Shown here: in pieces, positions 37,138 through 52,120 of the stretch
Layout of the letters: each line of letters starts with the position of its first letter
Position numbering within the stretch: the first letter of the stretch is position 1
From: Rhizophagus irregularis
Lineage: Eukaryota
Direction of reading: 5' to 3'
Length of the DNA stretch: 64,000 nt
Assembly (NCBI RefSeq): GCF_026210795.1
Contig: NC_089432.1
Location: 2,542,001 to 2,606,000, forward strand
Notes under the pieces: model-generated
The model's database searches: none
What the model saw: the letters and a program-made list of their open reading frames with translations, nothing else
Told to the model about the DNA's origin: nothing
Made by a program: the position numbers and the translations under genes

Positions 37138-40100
37138 GGTTTGGTACGAAAAAAATTTTACTGTGGAATTTAAATTTATGCTTTTCGAAAATTGAAAAAA
37201 AAAATAGAAATATTTTTTTTTGTTTCAACTATTTATGTTTAGCTATTTATAAATAAATTTTTTTTTTTTTGTCTAACTATTTATAAATATTTTTTTTTTT
37301 TTATTTATGAATGATTTTTAACTATTTATAAATATTTTTTTTTGTTTTACTATTTATAAATATGGTATCACTGAACGCCAAAGGTAACTGTCGATCATTT
37401 TACCTCTAATTTAAGTTAGGTCATCAAATTATGATGTTTTAACTTCTAATTTTTTAATTGTCTGCGTGAAATAATTAATAAAATGAATTTTAATAATTTT
37501 ATTTTAACTCTTCATTCAAATAATTTAGTAAATATTTTAAAAATTTTTTTTTACTCCGCAAAAGTGTGCAAATTATGGTAGAAACATTATATTTCAACAA
37601 CAATAAAATTTTGTTTATCACATTTGAAATTAAGGAATTATAATTAATATGACAATGACTAATTGGGGTAATCAAAATAAATATCATATAACCTATAATT
37701 ATATTAAATTACAATATTATCGGTCTACAATCTTCATATAAATAAATTATTTGTACGAAAGAAATTAATATTATTCCCACAAAAAAAGAATAACCATTAA
37801 CGCGTTTAAAAAAATCATAAATTATTGCCATCAATATTTATATTTCTGATTAATAATTTAACAATATTCTAAAAATTTTATTGGCAAAAATTTTTTATAA
37901 AATACAGTATTAGTCAAAAAAATATTCAGTGCGAATAATATTTATATTGTAAAATCATTTCAAGGTTTAATCTAGATCCTAAAAAAAAAATTTTATTAAA
38001 AAAAAAATTATAAAAATTTTATCAAAAATAATTTCTTTAGTGGATTGTAATTTAATGTAAAAGTACTCATATTCGTAATATTAGATTTTTGAGAGTTTCT
38101 CCATTTTTTTTGAATTGATTATATTTTTTTTTTAAACGGTTATTCAATATTATTAAACATGATGATCAAATGCAAAACGGAATGCGCTACCCATGCCTTC
38201 AAAACAGCCTTATCAATTTCATTTTGTTCATGTATTGATAAGGGTTAAATTGATTCATTGTAATCAGCTTCTTTTAAACTAGCACTGTTTATATTATCTG
38301 TTCTTTATAATTTCTAATCTTGTTTTCAAGTGATTCTTGCCAGTAACATTTAGCTCCAGAACAACCATTAGCAAGATATAGGATATACGTCCATTTATCC
38401 TGCGTCCCCAATACTTTGGACAATTAGACCGACAGTGATTGTAAGTTGCGATATCGATGTACTGTATATCAGATCTATTATTAAAAGTATTTATTTATGA
38501 GTCACAGTAAATCAAACTTTATGATATTGATAGTGCAGTAAATAACTGTTTTGAAAATATTATTAATATTTGCGTCTATTACACTACGTTTTGGATCGGT
38601 TCATATGATCGCCAATTCTCACTTCTACTTCTTAGAACATGGATTACTCAATGAAACCTAAAATAATCTTTTTTTTTTGTATATGTTTCACGTTTTTCCG
38701 CATATAAATGTAAATTATAATTTAATTATAAAGAACCATAATTGTCATAATTTTTTAAAAATTGTAACGAAAACAAAAGTACTGTAAAATTAAAAAAATC
38801 ACCTTTTTTTTTAAAAAAAAAATATTATTTCTACGGCATCCTATAAGAGAACAATGATCTAGGTTGCACAGTTGAACAACTTTACCATAATGACGAACAC
38901 AATGTGTATATTAATTATTACCAGTTTGCTATTGTCCTATAAAATTAAAGAGTACCGATGTATGAGTAACACGGGTCACTGCAACGATTAATTAGCAAAA
39001 GGAAATTCATAAATAGTCTATCAAGAAAACGAATAGGAATTAAGGAATTTAACGTCACCCTTATTAGGGACCGCAAATCAGATACTACCACCCCACTTAA
39101 CATACTTTTCTCCAACTCCAATAAAGTATGCGTATGAGGATCCTTATCATGGTCCTGCCATAATTATAATGATTCGGTATCCTGAGATGACGCGTGTGTT
39201 ATCAGTAAGAAACAGGTCTTTTACCTTATTTTACTTTCACCTTTACCAAATCTTGTAAATCTCATACAAAGGTAATTCGCAGTTCTAGTGTTCTTAGAAC
39301 TTTCTCTCTACTCTTTTGACTGGTAAAGGAGAAGCAGAACAGAGGCTGGAATGAAATTTTTTAATATGACACTTGAAAATAATTTATTTTTCCTACTTTT
39401 ACGTGGACGCCTTAAACTTTTGCAAGACTTGGAAGTTGGACTAACGGTCATAGTATGTTTAACAATTCTTCCCATGTTTTTATATGTGCATATTATTAAG
39501 CGCGTAAAATATTATTAAACACGTAAAATATTCAAGTAAGGAATATGGAAAATTATTGCAAAAGTTTATTATTGCAGAGATGGGATTTGAAAAATTAATT
39601 AAAAGGATAGGTATTTTTATAGTATTTCTAGTTGTACAAACTCTTTGTGATACAATATAGGTTTATGATATACTGCGCATCAATAAAATCAGTGGCTTGC
39701 GTTAGTTATTCTGTTATAGGTTGTTAAAACTCATAATAGTCTATATGATTGCAAATATATAAATTTTAGCTGACAAAAAATATCAGTCCGTCTAATATCA
39801 TTTCGGAATTTTAATAAGTTAAATTATTCACTTCTTTTACATCTTTTACGATAATGATCTATTTAGAAAAATAAATTTTATGCATGATAATATGATCAAT
39901 ATAATTATGATGCTCTTACCATATAGTTACATATTATTTTATTACCATATGACAATTAAGGAGAAACCCATGTTAGTCATATAATGAATGATAAAGGGGA
40001 AAAGTTGATCACCATCATGATTTTCTTTTAATAATACTCGTCCACTTTTCTTTACAACTTATTAATTTCATTTTCTTTTAATATAATTAGAGATAAAAAG

Positions 40101-40226
40101 TTTTATTAACCAGTTATTCCCCCGCATCAATGACATTATTTATAACGTGTCCTTATTAATATTTTGCGAAGAGAACACAATATGGCGCAACTTGAGATAC
40201 GTCAGATATGTCACTATTCAAATGTC

Positions 40227-40400
40227 TGCACCTAGCTCGATATAACGATTATGCGATGAATTTCACGATAAAGCAATTTTTTTAAAATTTATCTTTATAT
40301 ATGAACATATAAAAATCGTTATATCAAACTTACAAAGAAAATTTTGATATAGCGATACTTTTTAATGAATCGAATGGTTCGTTATATTGAGTTCTGACTG
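40227..40400. mobile_element. Decayed Tc1/mariner (pogo-like) MITE
   Basis: CTCGATATAACGA at left pairs with TCGTTATATTGAG...GACTG-TA at right. Confidence 0.5.
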
Positions 40401-41369
40401 TAGTTTGCATTATATTTTTATTAATAGACTTTGAAAAGAGTTATTATAAAAAAATTATTTCTTTAGTAAATTAGTTAGTCAATAACTTTCGTAAATGTTA
40501 TTGTTATTGTGCATGAAGTTTAATTGTTGTACGAATTATATAAGAAATGATTTAATTCGTCCCTGTCCATATTGTTTATAAAATCACACGGAAAAACATG
40601 GCAAGAATTTTAATGACCAAGGAAATTAATTTTAAATTACACTTAATTTGTGATCCGGATGTCGACCAGTAAAAATTCGTAAATAATAAGAATCTGCCGT
40701 CGTCACAAAGAGAAGTGATTTTTTAATTTTTATCGGAAGAGAAATTAATAATGCATTCGAAAGCGCTATAAAATACTGTGATACATTTTCATTTTGTTGC
40801 ACTGGATGCATTGATACCTTACCCACAAAAATGCCAATTAAAAAATTTCGCCCCATTTTTTGATAGATCTCAATGATTTTTTCGATTATCTCCGAAAGTT
40901 TACTACAATAAAAACAAGTAATTATTATCATATGCCTCGGGTTTGGGTTTATACTAAGCGATATAAAAATAATATAAACAAGATTTAAATTTAAACGTAA
41001 CGATAGTTTTCTTTTTTAAACGATATTTAATAAATTTAAATAAATGAGACTCCGAAATTGGGAGAATAAATATAAAATATAATAAATAATAATGATAAAA
41101 TATTCATTTAACAAGTAATATATAATATATACATATAATAAGCAAACAAATAAGGGTGATTGATATGTTACCCTCCCACTCAATAACTGTATTGTTATGC
41201 ATGTCACTCAAGATCATGCCTAATTTTAACAGTTTTTATAATTAACTTATGCAAAAATAATGGACTACTAAGATCAAACACAACCCTAATAGGCTAGACT
41301 AATATATTTGAAAAAAAAAATGTCAACCATAATCAAAAGCCCATTGCTATAAACGTAATTAATCATTGA

Positions 41370-42842
41370 TTAATTAACTTTTTTTTGAATCCATTCAAAA
41401 TCATCAAAAGTTTGACCATATGAAACATTCTCATAATTTTCAACTATTCCTTCTGCTTTATATCTTTCCATAAAATCAATATTATTTAAACAATAATTGC
41501 TAGAACAATAAAGTGGAGTAGTTTGTAATAAAATTGGATGTCTTCCTTTCCAATTATCAAGAAATAATTTTATAGAATCTAATTTTGGAGATTCATTAAA
41601 ATAAAATTTAAATTTAAATAAACAATTTGGTGAAGATTTGGCCAAAACTTCAAATAAATGATCCCAATCAATTACCCTATCATTATGTTCTATATTATAA
41701 CTATCAAACATATTATTAACTAAAATATATAAACCATTCAAATATTGACAATTAATTAACAATTTTTCTAACTCTAATATATTACTATTCCGGATGACCA
41801 ATTTAAGATATTTGAGATATGTACAATTTTGATAAATAGCTTGAATGATCCTCTTATTATTATTCTCATCATGACTTACATAATCAATATTTATTTCATT
41901 AAGATATCCTCTTGAATTTTCAATTAATATTATTATAACCTTAATTGGAACTCTTCTAGCTTTTAAAACTTGTAAAAAGGGAAATGATAATCGTTCCAAC
42001 CAATTACATGCCTTTAATTCATTAAAATTATCATCCAATTCCAACCTTTTTAAATTTACAAAAGAAGTTAGAGTCTTTGTAACAGGTATATTTGTTGTAG
42101 TAAAATGTTGTATAATATTTGCATGTTTAATTAATGAATTTTCAAGAATTTCACAAAATGGTTCATCTGTTTTATAATGACACTTTGTTATGAATTTAAT
42201 ACTAAATAATTTTTTTGGTGTTTCAATCAATTTAATAATTTCATAATTATTATTATCATCTTGAATGAAAAGTTCCAATTCTTTAATTAATTTACAAAAT
42301 TTTGTTAATCCATTTAATACTTCATCATTTATATTAGTATTACAACTAAGAAATCCAATTTCTGAAAAACAATGTTTAGCTCCAGGAATATTTTGTATTT
42401 TATAATCAAATTTTTGTGGTATATAAAGATGTGTGAATTTTGTATTTTCATTAATAAAAAGTTTAAACATTTCTTGTTTAATATTTAAAATTTCTTTTTC
42501 TTCATTTATATTATTAATTATTATCTTTTCAATTTCTTTTAAATTTAAATGTCTACAAAAACTAATATAATCAAATAACGGTTTGTTATATGAATTTATT
42601 AAAAATTTATAACGTTTTGTTAAATGATTTGTTAATTTTTCGTTTGTTGAATGTGAAACAATAACTTTTAAAAATAATTTTTCATTTCCTCCCTTCAAAT
42701 ATTTCCATGGATTTTTCCATAAAATTGGTACAAGTATTTCACACCATGTCTTGTTAACTAAAATGCATGATCGAAGCGTCTTTTTATCATTTTGTAATTC
42801 TTCAAATATCAAATAGAGGACGTCTCCGTTTAAATTGAACAT
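41370..42842 (-). CDS. F-box-like / RNI-like LRR protein
   Basis: MFNLNGDVLYLIFEELQ...LRSCILVNKTWCEILVPILWKNPW, PLFDYISF; same family as 17650-19101; likely start ATG 42842. Confidence 0.85.
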   Translation of the reverse strand: MFNLNGDVLYLIFEELQNDKKTLRSCILVNKTWCEILVPILWKNPWKYLKGGNEKLFLKVIVSHSTNEKLTNHLTKRYKFLINSYNKPLFDYISFCRHLNLKEIEKIIINNINEEKEILNIKQEMFKLFINENTKFTHLYIPQKFDYKIQNIPGAKHCFSEIGFLSCNTNINDEVLNGLTKFCKLIKELELFIQDDNNNYEIIKLIETPKKLFSIKFITKCHYKTDEPFCEILENSLIKHANIIQHFTTTNIPVTKTLTSFVNLKRLELDDNFNELKACNWLERLSFPFLQVLKARRVPIKVIIILIENSRGYLNEINIDYVSHDENNNKRIIQAIYQNCTYLKYLKLVIRNSNILELEKLLINCQYLNGLYILVNNMFDSYNIEHNDRVIDWDHLFEVLAKSSPNCLFKFKFYFNESPKLDSIKLFLDNWKGRHPILLQTTPLYCSSNYCLNNIDFMERYKAEGIVENYENVSYGQTFDDFEWIQKKVN

Positions 42843-43644
42843 TTTTAGAAAGAAAATTCTCTTGTTAAAAAAAATATTAATCATATTGTATTACTTAATG
42901 ACGTTTCATGTTGTACACTCACTATACCACATTTATTGTACAAATATAGATATATTTGCCGTGTGATCATGATCATGCGAGTAACAGAAATTCACGTGGG
43001 CAATCATTTTTCAACAAGTGGTCACGAAGATCATTACGTAATTAATGCAGATCTTAATTTAATCGTCAATTTTTTTTTTTTTTAAAACAATAGTTTTAGG
43101 ACGTACATTAGAGTATTTTTTTGAATATATTGCTATAGATATTTTAACAATTTAACAGAATATATTACTTACTTGAAAAGTTCTTTTATTCTACTTCTTC
43201 AACCATCAATGAAATTAATTCACACTTTATCTCTAAATATTCTTCTTTTTCAATATCATCTATTCTCAAATTAATATTTTTATTATTTCTTTCTTCAAAT
43301 TCATATTGTATATTTTGCTCAACTGGTTCAAAAAAGTCTTGTTGTAGATTAATGTTAAGAGCCAAATTAAATAGATTAATATTATAAATGGATATCATGT
43401 ATTTCTTTTTACCTAATATTTATTATAATAAAAATTAATATTTTTTGATGTTGTTTGGCGTGCCAATGTCATTAGACATTCAAATCATTTCGATGCTACT
43501 AAAATTCCATTAAATAATTCTTAAAATAATTTGCCCTGAAAGTTGTATTACCAATTTGCTGTAATGTCTTTTGGACTAATTCTTTGACGACAATTATACC
43601 AGAAAATACATACAAAATTGTGACGTTTTTGTGACCATCTTTGG

Positions 43645-43904
43645 ATTTATAAACACAAGAAAACCCATCTCCATCTGGGACTGGCTCATTTCACCGAGAC
43701 CGACAGTTTTGAAATCCTAATCCACTTACCCTAACCTAATCCTAACCCAATCCCACCCTATTTTCTTACCTAATTCCTAAATTCCCTTGTCGGTGAGATA
43801 ATTGTCGGCAAAACATTTGTCTGCGAAATGACCCTGTCGGCGAAACGACTGTCGGTGAGATAATTGTTGGTGAAATGATTGTCAGTGAAATTAATGCGAC
43901 ATTT
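43645..43904. mobile_element. Small non-autonomous element with ~17-bp TGTCGGCGAAA-type repeats (possibly Mutator-like)
   Basis: Flanked by 10-bp direct repeat CCATCTTTGG (43635-43644, 43905-43914); tandem TGTCGG(C/T)GA(A/G)A units; CCTAA-rich core. Confidence 0.55.
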
Positions 43905-44786
43905 CCATCTTTGGTAAACTTGATAATTGACTTGTAAGCATCAAATTATATCTGTTGAAAGTTTTTCAACCAACCATTCTAAATTAATAACAATTTTTGT
44001 TATAAACTGAATGTCATTTATATCATAAAGTCATTAATAGAAATTGAATCAGTTAACAATTCGGAAAGGTGATCAGAAATTTCTCTCGAATCCATTTAGA
44101 CATAATCATTATCTATATTTTCTTTAGATTTTTGTTTATTTTGTTTGGTAGTTGATGACAATTAATACATTGTTTAATTGGATTTTCGGGCATTTTAGCG
44201 TTAAAGAACAAGTTATCATTAAGATTTGTTTGTGGTAGCCTTGACAAATCATTTTGTAAAAAAAAAATTACTAATAAAATATATCATAAAAGAAGAAAAA
44301 TAATAAAAATAAAAAATATATCGTAAAGAAAAAGGAGAGAAAAGGATAAAAAAAACAAACTATATATAATATGATAAATAAACTATAAAATAGACCATCA
44401 CAAAATATATAATTATTTTCGTGTCCACTTTTCTGGGTGATGCTGAGTTAAATTTTTGATTTCACATTGCACATCGAAATGACATATCAGTTATACTGGT
44501 GCTGTGAAGGATTGATAATTAAGAGAAACAATAGTAACAACTAACAATAGTAATCCCTATTTTAAACTACTTTATGTAATTAAGAAATGATTAATGTCAA
44601 ATGTTCAGTATCGAATATTTGCACGAAATCATTAAACGAAAATTAAAGAAACGTCCAATAAATAATACAAACGAGAGAAATTTATATAATTTATATTTAT
44701 ACATTTATATTCAACATTAAAAAAAAGAATCATTAATAGGATAAAAAAAAATATCAGTTTATTTACTTATTAAAACAATAAACTTT

Positions 44787-47105
44787 TTAATTATTATGTC
44801 CTAAATATTTCAATTTATTTTGTGCACTTTGAAATCCTTGATTAGCAGATTTTTTATACCAATAAATGGCTTGATCTATATTTTGTTTAATACCTTCCCC
44901 ATCTTCATACATTAAAGCAAGATTATATTGAGCATCACAACATTCCAATTTTGCTGCTTCTTGAAATAATTCAAATGCTTTTTTCTTATCAATATTAGTT
45001 CCAATCCCATTATTATAACAATAACCTAATAAATTCATTCCATCTGAATGATCTTCTGCAGATTTTTTAGCTAATTCAAAAGCTTTATTATAATCCTTTT
45101 CTGTACCATCACCATCAAGATATAAATTAATAAGATTACATTGAGCTCTAATATTACCTAAATCTGCTGCTTTTTGATATAATTTAAATGCTTTTTTCAT
45201 ATTAATTTCAGTTCCAATTCCCATACTATAACAATATCCTAACCTATTTATTCCATTTGGATTTCCTACTTTTGCTAATTTTTTTGATAATTCAAAAGCT
45301 TTATTATAATTTTTTTTAATACCTTTTCCTTCTATATATATACTAGCAAGAACTAACTGTGCTACAACATTTTCTAATTCCACCGCTTTTTGATATAATT
45401 CATAAGCTTTATGTTTATTAGTACAAGTTATAATTCCATGATAATTAAAATATCCAAGTAAATAAATAGAATTTGAATCATTTTGATTATTATTATTATT
45501 ATTTAAAAGCCAATTATAAATTTCTTGTAATTTTATCTCTTGATTATTAAAATAATTTAAAATATATCTTCTTATAACATATTCTTCTTTACCTTTATTT
45601 AAACATTGAAGATAAAATTTCATTAATTCATCAATCACAATACCTAAATCTTCTTCAGATATATTTTTATGAATATATTGAATTGTTGGTTCTGTTTCTT
45701 TTATTTCTTTCAAATAAATTTTATCAAAATTTTGAATAATAATTTTTTGTGATTCTTTAAATAAATCATTATTATTATTATGATTGTTATCTAACTTTTC
45801 ATTATCATCCGTTTGTATCTTAATAATTTCTCGTAATTTAGAAATTATTTGATTCATTACTGGTCTATTATCTGATTCTCCATTCCAACATTCTAAGACA
45901 CCATCCGACAAACGTTAGAATTACGTTAGAATTAATTAAATGTGAAAATTGAATAAAATAATAATTCAATAGAATTTTTAAAACAAAAAATAATTTGAGC
46001 GATATTTACCGATATAAAGATTAGAATAATCAAGAGGAGTATTTGAAACAATAGTTTCTCTGTAACCTTGTAAAATTTGGTTTACCAAATTAGAATCGTA
46101 CAATTTACCTTCAAACGGTGATTTACCACTTGATATCTCCCACAAAAGTACTCCAATACTATAAACGTCGCTCTTTTCATTAAATATAAACGATCGTACT
46201 ATATTATTTGATTCAACAATTAAACATTTTGGATCAATATAAGGAATTTTATCAAGTAAATCTGATGATTGTTTAGATATTTCTTTGATTCTATTTGATA
46301 ATCCAAGATCTACTAATTTTATAGTAGTATTCCTATGAACTAATATATTACCAGAATTCTATTATAAAATAAAATATAAGCGATCAAACCGTAAAGTGAA
46401 TTTAAATAATTTAACGAAAAAAATAATTTAATTACCAAATCGCCATGTATAATTCCTTTATCATGTAAAAATGATATAGTATATGTTAACTGGTACGCCA
46501 ATTTGTATTTGTCTTCCCAAGTAAGATTCTTAAAGTTCTCTTTCAAATAACTACGAAGAGATCTACCATCAACATCTTCCATTACTAATAAATATTCTTT
46601 CGCTTGATCATTATGATTTTCTAAAGAAAATAATTTAATTAATGTATTAGAACATTTCTTTCCTTTTTTTTAAAAAAAAAAAATCTATAAATTCGAAATA
46701 CGCATATACCTTTATTTGTAATTCCACAAAAGTTAATGATATTTTCATGAGAATCAATTTCACGATAAAGTTTAATCTAAATTTTACAAAAAATAAATTA
46801 GTAATTAAATTATTATAAATTACTAAATTAAAATATAATATTTTTTTTAAAAAAAAAATTACCTCTTGAACGATTTCTTTTATATCAACATTATCAATAT
46901 TAAAAGATTTTAATATAAAATAATGATCCGAATTTTTCCATTTTACACGATAAAAATTTCCGAAATTCCCATTACAGAATTTTTCAATATATAGAAAATC
47001 ATTATAATCATAATATTTTAAGTTATTTTTAAAAATATTTTCTTCAATCCAATTAATCCATTCATTTGTATTTACGGTAACTTTATTATTTTTTATGTCG
47101 GACAT
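44787..47105 (-). CDS. Kinase-like-Sel1 protein K4 (5 exons), divergent catalytic motifs
   Basis: Frame intact across exons; motifs FCNGNFGNF, HGDLNSGN, VDLG; ~6 Sel1 repeats in the last exon. Confidence 0.85.
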
Positions 47106-48310
47106 GTAATCCTTATTATTAATAATGATTTTGATTATATATTTTTATTGGAAATTTTTTTTGGACATGAAACTTGAATAATAATTTAATTTTTTAAATA
47201 ATTATTTTGAAATACTTTATTGGAAAAGAATTTTTTTTTCTTTTTTTTTTTCTTTAAACGTATAAAATCTGATTTCATGCATAAATGTTATTTGTACTAA
47301 AATAATTTTGTCATACCTTGTTGATCAATCATATGACTTGAATACAACATTTATTCGATGCATGATTTTAAATTTTTTATTACAAAGATTTAACAAATTA
47401 TGACCAATCTTGACCAGATTCAAAGTATAAAAATATAATATTCATATGACCATTACGTAATTAATATAATAACATTAATTACGTTGTTTTATTGTCGGAA
47501 ATTTGTTTTTATATTTCTTTGGCACATGACCAAGAATTCTTCCTTTTTACGATATTAATAGCATGCATTTATGGTCACATCTCCGTTTAACATATAATAT
47601 TTGTTGTATAATACTATATAAATTTATTTTCATATTATTCTTTGCAATTAATTACGAATGATTAATTGATTGAACAAAAAATGATTGTGATCGACATCGC
47701 ACAATATTCCAAAAATGATTAAGAAATGAGACTCATGTGTTATTTCAATCATTTTTTTTAAAATGTGCATTTTTATTACGTACGGATAATTTTAAGAAAG
47801 AATTTACTTAAATAGTTCATCCATACGTTTAGCTCACCTATTTGTCATCTATTTCCGGTATAACGTTTAACCAAATTTTTAAGAAAAAAACATAACATTT
47901 ATTTTTGACTATAAGCTTTTCTTTATTTATTTATTTTTTTATTGATTGTATAAATGAACAAATTATAATATAATTTGGCATGTGAATAAAAAATTATAAA
48001 TTTCTAAAAAAAGGAGGTTTCACCTTTTCCGTGAGGTGACCAGTGACCACACAACAAACACATATGCAAGCGTATATCATGGGAATATCAAACATAATAT
48101 TTTGCAAATCTTTATTTATTATTTAAAAATCAAAATAAAAAATAAAAAGTATAAACTATATAGAATCTTATATTATCACGTGACATAATGGATAGCAGAA
48201 TATTTTAACACTTTAACGGTATTTGAAACTAAAGAATAATAAAACCTTCTATTTTGCAAATAGTAAAATATTTTATTAAATTTCTCAAAAATTTCATGTA
48301 ATAATTCATT

Positions 48311-50552
48311 CTACTCTTGAAGATTATTTAATCTAGTTTGAGCACTTTGAAATCCTTGTTTAGCAGATTTTTTGTACCAATAAATTGCTTGATTAATATC
48401 TTTTTTAATTCCATTCCCATTTTCATACATTAAAGCAAGATTATATTGAGCCACATCAAGTCCTAAATTTGCAGCTTTTTGATAAAATTCAACGGCTTTT
48501 TCCATATTAACATCTGTTCCAATTCCATTTTTATAATAATAACCTAATAAATTTATCCCATCTGAATATTCTCCTTTTGCTGATTTTTTTGATAATTCAA
48601 ATGCCTTTTTTTGATTTATTTCAGTACCTTTTCCTTCTTCATACATTAAAGCGAGATTATATTGAGCTTTAATATTTCCCAAGTTTGCCGATTTTTGATA
48701 CAATTCAAATGCTTTTTGCATATCAATATCAGTTCCAATTCCAAGATCATAACAATATCCTAACATATTTATTCCATTTGAATGTTCTCTTTCTGCTAAT
48801 TTTTTAGATAATTCAAATGCTTTATTATAATTTTTATCAACACCTTTTCCATTAACATACATATAAGTAAGATCAACTTGTGCCACACTATTTTCTAACT
48901 TTGCTGCTTTTTGATATAATTCATAAGCCTTTTGTTTATTAATATTAATTTTAATTCCATGATAATTAAAATATCCAAGTAAATAAACGGAATTTGAATC
49001 ATTTTGATTATTTAAAAGCCAATTATAAATTTCTTGTAAATTTAATTTATGATTATTAATATAATCAAATATATGTTGTTTCCTTACACTTTCTTCTTTT
49101 CCTTCATTTAATTCCTTAAAATAAAGATTAACCAATTCATCAATTATGATACTTAGATCTTCTTCAAATATACTTTTGTTAATATTTTGAGTAGTCGGTT
49201 CTATTTCAATTATATTCGACTTCATAAAATTTTGAATTATTTGAGGTAATTCTCTATTTAAATTTGGTACATTCTCTGATTGTTTTACGTTTGTTTCTGT
49301 AATAATTGTTTTTAATTTATCAACGACTTGAATAATAGTTGGTCTATTGATCGGTTCGTTATTCCAACATTCTGAACAGATGTAAAAATAAGAAATTAAT
49401 ATATCAAAATACGTAAAATCATGATGTTAAAAAAATTATATATTTACCAGTATAAATCTTTATATAATCTTCGGGTGTATTTGGTATAGGGGTTTCTTTC
49501 AGTCCTTGTGAAATCTTATACATTAAACTAAGATCATAATTCTCTTCATCAAATGGTAATTTCCCACTCGATATCTCCCATAATAATACACCAACACTAT
49601 ATATGTCGCTCTTTTCATTTAATAAATAGGTTTGTATTTGATTGTCTCTTTGTCCATTAAAACATTTTGGGTCAATATAAGGAATATAAGGAATCGTCCC
49701 GAATAACTTGATTTTTTCATCAATTCTTTTTGAAAGCCCAAAATCGGTCAATTTGATATTATTTTGATGAATTAATACGTTATTTGAGTGCTATTATTAA
49801 AATATAAAGAGAACTATTAAAATTATAGTCAAAAAAAAAAAATACGTATAAAATAATAATAAATAAATTTACCAGATCGCGGTGTACAATTTTTTCGTCA
49901 TGTAAATATGATACGGCACAAGATAGTTGAAAAGCCAAATTAATTTTATCGTTCCAAGTAAGGTTTTCAAAATTTTCTCTCAAATATTTACGAAAGGTAC
50001 CACCATCGGCATATTCCATCACTAAATATTTTTTCACTTGGCCATCTCGATTTTCTAAAAAGGAATTATTAATGGATATATCAAAAAATTTTTTTTTATA
50101 TATAAACATATATAAACACGTTATTTCAATTATATAATATATTCATACCTTTATTATCTGTAATTCCAAAAAATTTAATGATATTTTCATGAAAATTAAG
50201 TTTGCGATAAAGTTTAAGCTAAATTAATAAATAATTTAATATGATATAATATAAAAAAAAATGCAACTAATATATATATATATTAGTTACATATAACGTA
50301 TTGTTATTATATTTTATTTATTACCTCACATAATATAGTGGCGTTGTCTAGATTAAAAGATTTTAATACAAAATATTGATCCGAGTTTTTAATATTTGCG
50401 CGATAAACATTTTCATAGTCCCCGTCGTCGATTCTTTCAATATTATAAAAATTATTGTACTCGTAATATTTTATATTATTTTTAGATATAACTTCTTCAG
50501 TCCATTTGTCAGAATTTCTGGAAGTTTGCAATTCATCTTTGTTATTAGACAT
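48311..50552 (-). CDS. Kinase-Sel1 protein K5 (5 exons), degenerate Gly-rich loop
   Basis: ATG 50552 (MSNNKDE); IDDGDYENVY, HRDLHSNN, TDFG; frame intact; ~6 Sel1 repeats. Confidence 0.87.
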
Positions 50553-52120
50553 TGAAAATATTAAAAATTTTCTAAAAAAAAAGTTTTTTTTCAAAAAAAA
50601 AATTAAAATTACTCACAAAACCATGAAACGTAAAAATGTGTATTAATATAAATAGTACAGAGCAGGATTTTACTTGTTTACATGTTTTACTTCGGTTGGT
50701 TAACCGTGCATTATTGTTAAAATTGATTTCAAACCACGTGTTCACTGCATGAAGGAATTGTTAATCATTTTTCGGAACGTATCATTTTTAGTAATACATA
50801 TGTATATTTTTTTATTTTACATTTTAAAAAAACAATGCAATACTTATTTAATATTTTATTACATTAACCCCCTTATGCTTTACTAAAAGAATTTTTTAAG
50901 AAATAAAATAAATTTTCAAAAAAAAATTTTTTTATTATATTTATTATAGGATTTATTTATTTATTTATTTATTTTATTTATTTATTTATTTATTTTTTTT
51001 TTTTGCGATATCGATAGATAAGAATCCGTATACAAGCCTCGCGGCAAAGTTATAATGATCGACATCTGGCTTGCCGTAACGAAAAATATACATATATTTA
51101 CAGTGGATTTTCAATTAATTGAATTCGTTAATAGCCCTTTTCATTTTAGCTTAAATGATTTACGTTCAAAATTTAAATTTAATAAATTTAATTTAGTTAT
51201 AGATAATTTTCTCTGAGATTATTACTTTTAGGTATTTCTATTGATCTACTTATTAATAAAGAAATTTTTTTTTTTTTTTTTTTGTTAGTAACGTGCGCGT
51301 TAACTAATGTTGAAAAAAAAATTCAATATATTTTGTTGATCATTTCCATTTTCGAGATTTGTTACACATTTCGTTACCAAGTATACCAAGTATTAGAAAA
51401 ATGAAGTTTAAATTAGAGCTAAAAAAAAAAGTAACACTGAAATCTTCGTAAAAAAAAGAAATAATTTATATAAAAAGAGGGAATTATTGTATTTTATTCT
51501 TAAAAAAATTTCTATATTTTTTGTTAAAATTAATCCTGGAAAATAATAAAAATAATATAAGACATAACGCATAACAAATTCTAATTTTATGAATTCAATA
51601 ACCAATTATACATTTCTTGTAAATTAATTGCTTTAAAAATAAAAGTCCTGATAGATGATTTAGTAAACGCAAACTTTTGAAATTTATCTTTTTTGATCAT
51701 TCACTTGGTTTCATTATGAAGAAAATAAATTTTTTTAACTTGACCACGTTCCTTTAATTGACTTCTTGGCACAGAGTAATAAGTGTGTTCTTAATTAAAT
51801 TTCACGAGAGTAATAAAATAAAATAGTATAGCCTAATAAAATTTAAAGGATTTTTTTTTTTGCTTAATCAATTAAAGCTTTCATTAAATAACGTTTGAGG
51901 ATAAGCCGTAAATTTTTAATAAATATCTTCAATAAATCTTGAGTGAAATCAATAATAATTAAAATTATAACCATCTACTAGGAAGAAATAAAAAATTTTT
52001 ATCATTTTTATCGGATCAATAAAATATAACGTATCATTTTTATGAAATCTAATTCTTTCGTCTTAATCAATCAATCATCTTTAGTCTAATGGCTTTTATG
52101 TCGCTCCCTGAATGTGTAGA

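Larger units (their letters stand above)
33579..38958. repeat. Local duplication, copy B (paralogous to 26277-32747)
   Basis: Collinear near-identity with copy A. Confidence 0.92.

Noticed and set aside
43725..43785. Telomere-like CCCTAA repeats
   Set aside because: Few, degenerate, and internal to a small mobile element.
43186..44250. Possible decayed gene on the minus strand
   Set aside because: Coding-like fragments, but no recognisable family or consistent frame.
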